Source: Desulfofundulus sp. | Lineage (GTDB): Bacteria; Bacillota; Desulfotomaculia; Desulfotomaculales; Desulfovirgulaceae | Assembly (NCBI RefSeq): GCF_049701015.1 | Contig: NZ_JBNATZ010000002.1 | Location: 1-44,039 of the forward strand | Direction: 5' to 3' | DNA: 44,039 nt | In this document: positions 31,037 to 38,338 of the stretch, in pieces | Layout of the letters: each line of letters begins with the position of its first letter | Position numbering within the stretch: the stretch's first letter is position 1 | Notes under the pieces: model-generated | Database searches by the model: none | Told to the model about the DNA's origin: nothing | Seen by the model: only the letters and a program-made list of their open reading frames with translations | Translations under genes and position numbers: made by a program

Positions 31037-31732
31037 ATGAAACTTCACGTTGCCAGGTTGACCCATCCGGTGACTGCTGCCTCCCGTTATCTGTTATCCA
31101 TAAACCTTCCCTTACAGGTTCTGGGAGCCAGTGATACCCATGTTTTTTGCAATGAACAGGGACGCGTGATTCTTTATAACGACGGCTACAGGGACTGTGC
31201 CCGGTTAATCAACCGGTTTTCCGACCAGCTCGATGCCGGGGTCACCTGGGCGGACCGGGGTCTGCGCAGCACCACCCATCATTTTGATCCCCTCCGGGGG
31301 ACAGGGGTATGGGCGTGGGCGAATGCGGCTCAAAAATGCAGGCAGTATTTTGAGAAAGCGCTCTTGTTCTGGCGGCAGGGAAACTATCGCAAGTCTTTAT
31401 TTATGCTCGGTGCATCCGTGCACCTGGTACAGGATGCCTGTGTTCCGCATCACGCCTGCTGCCAGCTCTTCGACGGGCATCTGGATTATGAGAAATGGGT
31501 AAAGGAGCGAAAGCATTATTACCGCGTGCGTTCGGGAGGTCTGTACCACCTGGGCCAGACTCCCGAAGAGTGGGTGGCGGCCAATGCATGGGAGGCCAGG
31601 GAATATTACCACCTGGTTCGGGCTTCTTCCGGTGCGGAGAAATATCACCAGGCGACGAGCATCCTCCTGCCCCGGGCCCAGCGTTCCACGGCCGGGTTTT
31701 TACTCTTTTTTTACCGGCATATCCAGCGGTAG
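31037..31732 (+). CDS. Zinc-dependent phospholipase C/P1 nuclease-fold protein
   Basis: TH, WAD, HHF, HLVQDACVPHH, HLDYE Zn-ligand pattern. SD GAGGTG. Confidence 0.85.
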   Translation: MKLHVARLTHPVTAASRYLLSINLPLQVLGASDTHVFCNEQGRVILYNDGYRDCARLINRFSDQLDAGVTWADRGLRSTTHHFDPLRGTGVWAWANAAQKCRQYFEKALLFWRQGNYRKSLFMLGASVHLVQDACVPHHACCQLFDGHLDYEKWVKERKHYYRVRSGGLYHLGQTPEEWVAANAWEAREYYHLVRASSGAEKYHQATSILLPRAQRSTAGFLLFFYRHIQR

Positions 31733-31755
31733 CAATTGCAACACAGGCTGTACTT

Positions 31756-31785
31756 GCATGATCTTGCGGCCCGGCGGTCATAATA
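31756..31785 (+). promoter_or_regulatory. Forespore SigG/SigF-type promoter
   Basis: GCATG-18 nt-CATAATA matches GNATR-18-CATnnTA. Confidence 0.65.
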
Positions 31786-31812
31786 ACAGGAAAGAAGTCG
31801 GGAGTGATGGTG

Positions 31813-32208
31813 ATGCAGCTTAATTCGGGAGAGCGTTCCATCCTGGCCTACTTTCCTTCGAGCACTAAAGCCCGGCGGGCCATAGAAGAATTGAAAGCTG
31901 CTGGTTATGAGACTATCAGCCTGGACAGGGTTTCCCGCTTCGGAGTGGAGGACAATGCGGAGGTCAATTATGCCATCGCAGGCCGGGCGGAAACCATTAC
32001 TGGTTTGACCCTTTTTTCCGCCGGTACCGACAGCCTGTCCAACAGTGAGTCCCGTGTCCTCAAGGCTGCAGACCCTTCGGTTAGCGGCATGGCCGCACAC
32101 GATTACGGTACGGCGGGAGGGCGGGCGTTTCTCGTAACGGTTGTTACCAGTGAAGACAGGGTCCGGGGCGCCGTGGACATACTGGAAAAACACGGGGCGC
32201 AGGTTTGA
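31813..32208 (+). CDS. Hypothetical protein, possibly forespore-expressed
   Basis: GGGAGTG SD. Split alpha/beta pattern (ILAYF...A..A.EELKAAG / FLVTV...AVDILEKHGA). SigG-like promoter upstream. Confidence 0.75.
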   Translation: MQLNSGERSILAYFPSSTKARRAIEELKAAGYETISLDRVSRFGVEDNAEVNYAIAGRAETITGLTLFSAGTDSLSNSESRVLKAADPSVSGMAAHDYGTAGGRAFLVTVVTSEDRVRGAVDILEKHGAQV

Positions 32209-32223
32209 AGTGGGGGTGAGGGT

Positions 32224-32442
32224 GTGGACCGGCGGAAAAAAGACGGTCTTGGGCCACCGCAAAGTTTCGATGAGGCGGTGGAACGCATTCGGGAAAAGGT
32301 GGAAGCTCCTGTACTGTCACCGGCACAGGTGGCTCTGTGGCGTTCCGGTTACGTGGAGGGGGCCGATGAGGCCCTGGCCCTGCTGGAACAGGCCAGGCAG
32401 GACAAGAAAATGGTCGTGCCCGGGATCAGTGATGAAATGTAG
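32224..32442 (+). CDS. Hypothetical protein (72 aa)
   Basis: SD GGGGGTG/GAGGG. Follows the previous gene and is followed by a hairpin terminator. Confidence 0.65.
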   Translation: MDRRKKDGLGPPQSFDEAVERIREKVEAPVLSPAQVALWRSGYVEGADEALALLEQARQDKKMVVPGISDEM

Positions 32443-32473
32443 CGGGAGGTTTTCCCTCCCGTTCTTGTTTCTT
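32443..32473 (+). terminator. Probable intrinsic terminator
   Basis: CGGGAGG/CCTCCCG stem followed by TTCTTGTTTCTT. Confidence 0.6.
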
Positions 32474-32506
32474 CCGAGAAAAATTTTTTTCTTTTGTTCG
32501 AAATGG

Positions 32507-32534
32507 GGAGGAATAAACGGTAGTCACATCGAAT
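32507..32534 (+). promoter_or_regulatory. SigH-type promoter upstream of the Enzyme I homologue
   Basis: GGAGGAATA-12 nt-ATCGAAT, a full consensus match. Confidence 0.65.
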
Positions 32535-32641
32535 TCAAAATAAAATATATTAGAAGTAGCAGCTCTTATCGTACCAGCCGTGCCAGCAACTGCTGGCCAT
32601 TTTTGTTCTTTGAAAAATAAGGGTTCAAGGGGGGTAGCGAA

Positions 32642-34369
32642 ATGTTGAGAGGAATTGCCGGGGCACCGGGGATTGCAATTGGCAGGGTTTTTATCTTTCG
32701 TCCGGAACAACTGGAGTTTGAGCGGAAGACCATTTTGCCCCAGGAGGTTGACCAGGAGCTCGTCCGCCTGCAGCACGCCCTCCGGCAGGCTCACCAGGAA
32801 CTGGCCGGTATTTACGTGCGGGCGATGTCTGATCTCGGCCGGGACCGGGCGGGTACCTTCCATGCCCAGTTAATGATTTTGGAGGATGCCGCTTTTGAAT
32901 CCGAAGTTATAAATCTTATCCGGTCCGGTATCAATGTAGAAGGTGCCGTGGGTGAAGTGGTAACCAACTACGTTCAGATGTTCGAGGATTCGGGCGACGA
33001 GTACCTTCGTGAGCGGGCAGCCGATTACAGGGACGTGGGGTGCCGTTTGTTGCGCATTCTGCTCGGCCAGTCCTGGACGCCGGTACCGCGTCTGAAGGAA
33101 GATTCCATTGTGGTGGCCCGGGATTTGACTGCCCCCGACAGCATGCAGCTGGACCGTTCCCGCATTCTCGGCCTGGCCATTGAGAGGGGGGGCCGGACCT
33201 GTACGGCCTGCATTCTGGCCCGGTCTCTGGAAATTCCGGCCGTAGTGGGGCTGGGACGTTTTGTACACCGGGTACAGAACGGGGACCTCATCATCGTGGA
33301 TGGCAGCAAAGGTATGGTCATTCTCAACCCCGATCCTGCCACGGTGGCCGAGTACCAGCACCGCCGGGAGACCTACCTGGCCTGTAAAAAAGAAATGCAG
33401 ATGCTTTCCGACCTCCCGGCTGAAACCAGGGACGGGTACCGTGTTCAACTGTTCGCTAACCTAGATCATCCCGGGGAAGTGGATAGTGCCCTGGCTCAGG
33501 GGGCGGAAGGAATTGGTCTCTTCCGTACCGAGCACCTCTTCCTGGGACGGGATACCATGCCGGGTGAGGACGAACAGTTCGAATTTTACTTGCAGGTAGT
33601 GCAAAAGATGCGGGGAAGGCCGGTGGTTATCCGCACGCTCGATTATGCAGGGCCTTCCAGTCCCTTCTTTCAGCCTACGCATTATGAACCCAATCCCTTT
33701 TTGGGCTGCCGGGGAATAAGGTTGAATTTGAACTTCGAGGAAATCTTGACCACCCAGATCAGGGCGATCCTGCGGGCAAGTGCTTTCGGCAGGGTAAAAG
33801 TGATGTTCCCTCTCATTTCCCGGGTTGAAGACCTGCGCCGGGTCAAGGCCATGCTCCGCCAGGCACAGGAAGAACTGGACCGGGCCGGCCAAAAGTTCGA
33901 CCCCCGGATCGAAGTGGGCCTGCTGGTGGAGGTGCCATCTGCGGCCCTGACCGCAGAACTTTTTGCCTCCGAAGTCGACTTTTACAGCATCGGAACCAAC
34001 GACCTGGTACAGTATACCCTGGCGGTGGACCGGGCTACGGCAGGGATAAATCCTCTGCATCAGGTCCTGCACCCCGCCATCCTGCGCCTGGTTAAGAACG
34101 TCATTGATGTGGCCCGTAACAACCGCAAGAAGGTGGCCATGTGCGGGGAAATGGCGGGGGAGCCCCTGGCCACCATGCTTCTTCTGGGTTTGGGTCTGGA
34201 TCAATTCAGTGCGGCCGCGGGTTCGCTGCCGGAAATTAAGAAAGTAATCAGGGCGGTCACTTTAAAAGAAGCCCGGGAAGTGGCCCTGCAAGCCCTGCAG
34301 CTCTCGGCACCGGAAGAGGTCCGCCGATTTTTGGAGCAAGAGATGAAAAGCCGGCGCTTGTATTTTTAG
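32642..34369 (+). CDS. PTS Enzyme I (PtsI)-like protein lacking the phosphoacceptor histidine
   Basis: GIAGAPGIAIG, EYLRERAAD, GIGLFRTE, NPFLGCRGIR, SIGTNDL and MCGEMAG are conserved, but GGRTSH reads GGRTCT. Confidence 0.92.
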   Translation: MLRGIAGAPGIAIGRVFIFRPEQLEFERKTILPQEVDQELVRLQHALRQAHQELAGIYVRAMSDLGRDRAGTFHAQLMILEDAAFESEVINLIRSGINVEGAVGEVVTNYVQMFEDSGDEYLRERAADYRDVGCRLLRILLGQSWTPVPRLKEDSIVVARDLTAPDSMQLDRSRILGLAIERGGRTCTACILARSLEIPAVVGLGRFVHRVQNGDLIIVDGSKGMVILNPDPATVAEYQHRRETYLACKKEMQMLSDLPAETRDGYRVQLFANLDHPGEVDSALAQGAEGIGLFRTEHLFLGRDTMPGEDEQFEFYLQVVQKMRGRPVVIRTLDYAGPSSPFFQPTHYEPNPFLGCRGIRLNLNFEEILTTQIRAILRASAFGRVKVMFPLISRVEDLRRVKAMLRQAQEELDRAGQKFDPRIEVGLLVEVPSAALTAELFASEVDFYSIGTNDLVQYTLAVDRATAGINPLHQVLHPAILRLVKNVIDVARNNRKKVAMCGEMAGEPLATMLLLGLGLDQFSAAAGSLPEIKKVIRAVTLKEAREVALQALQLSAPEEVRRFLEQEMKSRRLYF

Positions 34370-34386
34370 CTCTATTTGGTTACAAT
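34358..34386 (+). promoter_or_regulatory. SigA promoter for the downstream 3-gene operon
   Basis: TTGTAT-17 nt-TACAAT. Confidence 0.65.
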
Positions 34387-34425
34387 GGTTAAGGATCAGT
34401 GTGTTTGGGAAATGGAGGTCTTTCG

Positions 34426-35337
34426 TTGAAACGAGTGGTGAGTGTCAGCCTGGGTTCATCCCGGCGGGATCACCGGGTGGAAGTGGAGCTTCTGGGGGAA
34501 CGCTTCGAGATCAGCCGCCGGGGTACCGACGGGGATTTTGAACGGGCCATCCAGTTGCTTGAAGAACTGGACGGTAAAGTGGATGCCATCGGGTTGGGTG
34601 GTATTGATGTCTACCTGTACGCCGGAAGGACCCGTTATGTGGTCCGGGATGGCAAAAAGCTTATGGATGCCGTCCGGAAGACTCCGGTTGTGGACGGCAG
34701 TGGCTTGAAAAACACCCTGGAGAGGGAAGCTGTTTATTATCTTCGGGAGCATACGGATTTGCTCCCCCCCGGCACCAGGGTGCTGATGGTGAGTGCGGTG
34801 GATCGCTTCGGGATGGCCGAGGCTTTTGACGAGCTGGGTTGCGATCTTACCTTTGGGGATCTTATTTTCGCGGCCGGTATTCCCTATCCCATTCGCACGG
34901 TCAAGGAGCTGGAAGAACTGGCTGCCAGGCTGCTGCCTGAAATGTCGAAGTTACCCTTTCATATGCTCTATCCCACCGGGAAAAAACAGGAAACCCAGGA
35001 TGAAGAAAAAGTCAGGAAGTTTGGGCATTATTACCGGGAAGCACAGGTAATTGCCGGGGATTTTCACCTGGTACGCCGTTACATGCCGCAGCTTGATGGG
35101 CAGACTATTATTACCAACACCACCACTGCTGATGACGTGGCCTTTTTAAAAGAAAAAGGAGCGGGCTGTCTGGTTACCACCACGCCCGAGTTTCAGGGGC
35201 GTTCTTTTGGGACCAATGTCATGGAAGCGGTTCTGGTGGCCCTGTTGCAAAAGCGTTGGGAGGAAATTACGCCCGGGGATTACCTGGACCTTTTACGGCG
35301 CCTTGATTTTAAGCCCCGGGTGCTATATCTGCGCTAG
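34426..35337 (+). CDS. Conserved uncharacterised protein (resembles proteins I recall labelled 'quinate 5-dehydrogenase'; function unverified)
   Basis: GGAGG SD before TTG 34426. VSVSLGSSRRD, DAIGLGGID, DGSGLKNTLE and GRSFGTNVMEA blocks. Confidence 0.7.
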   Translation: MKRVVSVSLGSSRRDHRVEVELLGERFEISRRGTDGDFERAIQLLEELDGKVDAIGLGGIDVYLYAGRTRYVVRDGKKLMDAVRKTPVVDGSGLKNTLEREAVYYLREHTDLLPPGTRVLMVSAVDRFGMAEAFDELGCDLTFGDLIFAAGIPYPIRTVKELEELAARLLPEMSKLPFHMLYPTGKKQETQDEEKVRKFGHYYREAQVIAGDFHLVRRYMPQLDGQTIITNTTTADDVAFLKEKGAGCLVTTTPEFQGRSFGTNVMEAVLVALLQKRWEEITPGDYLDLLRRLDFKPRVLYLR

Positions 35338-35369
35338 AATCTGCACTATCTGTTTGGAGGTAGGCACCA

Positions 35370-35723
35370 TTGGCCAGTCACGAAGAAATTACTGCCAGCC
35401 TCCTGGCCTTCCAGGAGGGGTACAACAAAAACGAGCGGCTGAAAATAATGAACCGGGATTGGGACCGGATAGTCCTGGTGCAGGCAAGCGACATTCCTTC
35501 CCAGCATACCCTGGAGTTGCGGAATGGGGAGTTATCAGTTAAAGAAGGTGCACCCTCCCGGGCCGACCTGACGGTAATCGCCGACAGCGAGACCCTGGCG
35601 GACCTTTTTTACGGCGACATTACCCCTACAGAACCCTATATGAACGGTACGCTGAAAATCATCGGTTCAGAGGATGATATTGTGCGGCTGGATTTTATCT
35701 CCCTGATGATCTGGGGTGAGTAG
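35370..35723 (+). CDS. SCP2 sterol/lipid-binding domain protein
   Basis: ADLTV...LADLFYGDITPTEPYMNGTLKIIG resembles the SCP2 C-terminal motif. GGAGG SD. Confidence 0.8.
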   Translation: MASHEEITASLLAFQEGYNKNERLKIMNRDWDRIVLVQASDIPSQHTLELRNGELSVKEGAPSRADLTVIADSETLADLFYGDITPTEPYMNGTLKIIGSEDDIVRLDFISLMIWGE

Positions 35724-35724
35724 A

Positions 35725-37086
35725 ATGGGTTTAAAAAGGGTACTCACCCTGCGTACCGTAGTGGCAACCAGTGCTGGCCTCACTCTGGCCAGTTCCTCTT
35801 TTGTGGCCGCCGTGCAGGTGGCCGGTTTCCTGGCCGGGGACAGTGCCTGGCTGGCCATTCTCACGGGCGGCTTGTTGTGCGCGGGGGCCGCGTTGTGTTT
35901 TTCCGAACTCAATGCCCGCCTCCCTTCCGCTGCCGGCATCCGGCTTTATTTCTCCCGGGCTTTCAACGACCGGCTCGCTCTGACCGTTTCTCTGCTGTAT
36001 ATGGCGGTGGTGATGGGGGTTGTGGGAGCCGAGAGCTATGTGCTGGCGTGCGCCCTTAATGCTGCGTTGCCTGCAGTACCGCCCCTCGCCTGGATTATGG
36101 GCATGTTCCTGCTGGTTACCGGCCTGAATATCCGGGGGGTTAAAATCGCCGGTACCTTCCAGGACCTCATCACCTACGGACTTATGGGTTCCCTCCTGGT
36201 CCTGGCCTTTATCGCCCTGAGCAAAGTAGGCTTCAGGCTCACCGCACCCCTGGCTCCGGGCGGTGCCCTGGCTTTCATCAATGCTGTGGCGGTTGGGGTT
36301 TTCCTCTTTGTTGGATTCGAGTGGGTGACACCCCTGGCCGAGGAGGTCACCCACAGCCGCCTTGTATCCCGGGGGATGCTGCTTGCCATTGGGGTTTTGA
36401 GCGTGGTTTACGCTCTTTTTACCGTGGCCATGACTGCTTCTACCCCCCGTGAGATGCTGCTGGGGTCACCCGCCCCCCAGATGGTTTTTGCACGCCATGT
36501 TCTCGGGCCGTCAGGGTTGTTCTGGATGCTGGTCCTGAGTCTTGCCGCTTCGATTACTACATTTAATGCGGGCTTAATCAGCGTTTCACGTTTTATTTAC
36601 GCTTCCGCCCGGGAGTATGTCCTGCCTCCCGTTTTTTCCCGCCTGAGTATGCGCTTTTTTACACCCTGGGTGGCCATCCTCACCGTCTTTATCACCGGTG
36701 TTACCATCTCTGTGGTAGTTCTGGTAACTCACCATTACCTGGTACTGGTTAACCTGGCGGCTGCCATGGAGTCGGTGGTATATGCCCTGGCGGGCCTGGC
36801 GGTGATCCGGTTGAGACAGAAAACACCGGAGGCTGAGTGTTCCTACCGGGTAAAAGGGGGCGTGGTTATCCCCGCCCTCACCTCGCTGGTCTTTGCCGGG
36901 CTGGCCGTGGCGGTGATGTGCACGGACTTGTATGTAAGCCTTTACCTTCTGGCCGGTTTTATCGTCCTCTGGTGGTACGTCCACCAGGTGGTTCCGGCTT
37001 TGAAGAACAAGTACCAGCCCCGCCGGCCGGCACGTCGCCGCCGCCCGGCGGTGGAACCGGCCGATGCCGGTTGCGAAAAAACTTAG
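35725..37086 (+). CDS. APC-family amino acid/polyamine permease
   Basis: FSEL...PSAAG, NIRGVK, FLFVGFE, LAEE, SRFIYASARE...LP, TPWVAI. About 12 TM segments. Confidence 0.92.
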   Translation: MGLKRVLTLRTVVATSAGLTLASSSFVAAVQVAGFLAGDSAWLAILTGGLLCAGAALCFSELNARLPSAAGIRLYFSRAFNDRLALTVSLLYMAVVMGVVGAESYVLACALNAALPAVPPLAWIMGMFLLVTGLNIRGVKIAGTFQDLITYGLMGSLLVLAFIALSKVGFRLTAPLAPGGALAFINAVAVGVFLFVGFEWVTPLAEEVTHSRLVSRGMLLAIGVLSVVYALFTVAMTASTPREMLLGSPAPQMVFARHVLGPSGLFWMLVLSLAASITTFNAGLISVSRFIYASAREYVLPPVFSRLSMRFFTPWVAILTVFITGVTISVVVLVTHHYLVLVNLAAAMESVVYALAGLAVIRLRQKTPEAECSYRVKGGVVIPALTSLVFAGLAVAVMCTDLYVSLYLLAGFIVLWWYVHQVVPALKNKYQPRRPARRRRPAVEPADAGCEKT

Positions 37087-37092
37087 CCCCCT

Positions 37093-38037
37093 TTAAAACC
37101 CCATTGCCCGGTAGGCCGGTTTATCTATCACATTGTCCCGGGAGAGGCCGTGCATGGCACGGAAACGGTAAACGCTTTCTTCCATGTCCCAGCGCCAGGT
37201 GCCGTCGATCTTGCCTTTGAACAACCCCAGCCGGGCCAATGTCCGCTGGACCTCCATGACGTCGGAACCGCAGAAGTCCCGGCGCAGGTCCCGAAAAGGA
37301 GGTTCCCGGTAGGTAAAGGGGTTGCCGATAATAACCACCTGCGCCCCCACGGGAACCCGGGGATAAAGTTCCTCCACGTCCCGGTTGTGCATGCGGATGC
37401 ATCCGTGACTGGCATAGCTTCCGATAGACCAGGGTTTGTTGGTCCCGTGGATGCCATAGAGACCCCACGGTACGTTAAGCTCCAGCCAGCGCGAGCCGAA
37501 GCCCGTTCCCCAGTTCATGGCCTTGCGTACCACCCGGAAGTTGCCCAGGGGTGTCGGTGTTTCGTACTTGCCGACCGCTACGGGGTACTGCCGGTAGGGC
37601 CGGCCGCCCGCTAAAACCGTCAGGGTACGACGCGTGGTATCGATGAGGATGCTTACCTCCTCTGACGGTGGGCTCTCCTGCCGGCTGGTGGCTGGCGTGG
37701 TGACAATTTTGCCGATGGCGTTCCAGGTGGCCGGCCCCACTATTCCATCAGGTGTGAGATTGCGGTTTTTTTGAAAGTCCTCCACGGCCCGGGCCGTGGC
37801 CGGGCCAAAGATGCCGTCTACCGGTCCGTGATAATACCCCAGCCGGTTCAGCAACCTTTGCAGGTGGGCCACATCGGAGGATGCTGTTTTGGAGCCTGTC
37901 ATGTGGAGGACCTCTTCCTGCTCACAGCAACAGCTTTCCATAGACAGTGTTTTCCCGCTGGCCGGCGAGGCTGCGTTTAACAGGAATACAAGTGAAGCCA
38001 ACAAGAAACACCACTTCTTCTTCCCCGTCGTACCCAC
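37093..38037 (-). CDS. L,D-transpeptidase (YkuD) with peptidoglycan-binding domains
   Basis: Signal peptide, PG_binding repeats (DGIFGPAT, DGIVGPATW), YPVAVGK, YGIHGTN, SHGCIRM. Confidence 0.93.
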   Translation of the reverse strand: MGTTGKKKWCFLLASLVFLLNAASPASGKTLSMESCCCEQEEVLHMTGSKTASSDVAHLQRLLNRLGYYHGPVDGIFGPATARAVEDFQKNRNLTPDGIVGPATWNAIGKIVTTPATSRQESPPSEEVSILIDTTRRTLTVLAGGRPYRQYPVAVGKYETPTPLGNFRVVRKAMNWGTGFGSRWLELNVPWGLYGIHGTNKPWSIGSYASHGCIRMHNRDVEELYPRVPVGAQVVIIGNPFTYREPPFRDLRRDFCGSDVMEVQRTLARLGLFKGKIDGTWRWDMEESVYRFRAMHGLSRDNVIDKPAYRAMGF

Positions 38038-38219
38038 CCCCCTTTCTCTTAGTTATTTGCCTCCTGCTGTTTTTTATGCGGGACGTATTCATAATAAAGG
38101 CAGCGCTGGAACATCGTCCCATCATTCAATGCCCCCACCCGGTTCCCCAGCGGCGGGCCGTCTCGATAGCAGCCGGCCCCTGGAACGGGATGACACAGAC
38201 TGAAAGATATCCAGAAAAT

Positions 38220-38248
38220 GACCAGTTAAGGCAGCTGGTCCTTTTTTT
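38220..38248 (+). terminator. Intrinsic terminator in a divergent intergenic region
   Basis: GACCAGTT/AGCTGGTC stem plus T7. Confidence 0.65.
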
Positions 38249-38260
38249 GATTTTTTTCTG

Positions 38261-38287
38261 GCAGGATTTCCAGGATTAATGGAGAAT
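38261..38287 (+). promoter_or_regulatory. SigH-type promoter for the amidase
   Basis: GCAGGATTT-11 nt-GGAGAAT, a full consensus match. Confidence 0.65.
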
Positions 38288-38338
38288 TCTTTACCCAGCA
38301 GTGTCAGATTATGACGAACATTTGCTGGGGTTGGGAGA

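Noticed and set aside
32642-34369. ptsI pseudogene
   Set aside because: No frameshift or stop. All motifs checked other than the His loop are conserved, and promoter and SD are present.
38097-38248. c-di-AMP (ydaO) riboswitch upstream of the amidase
   Set aside because: The context fits, but I could not find the hallmark GCUGAA...GGGGGAA and GUCAGCUAA motifs.
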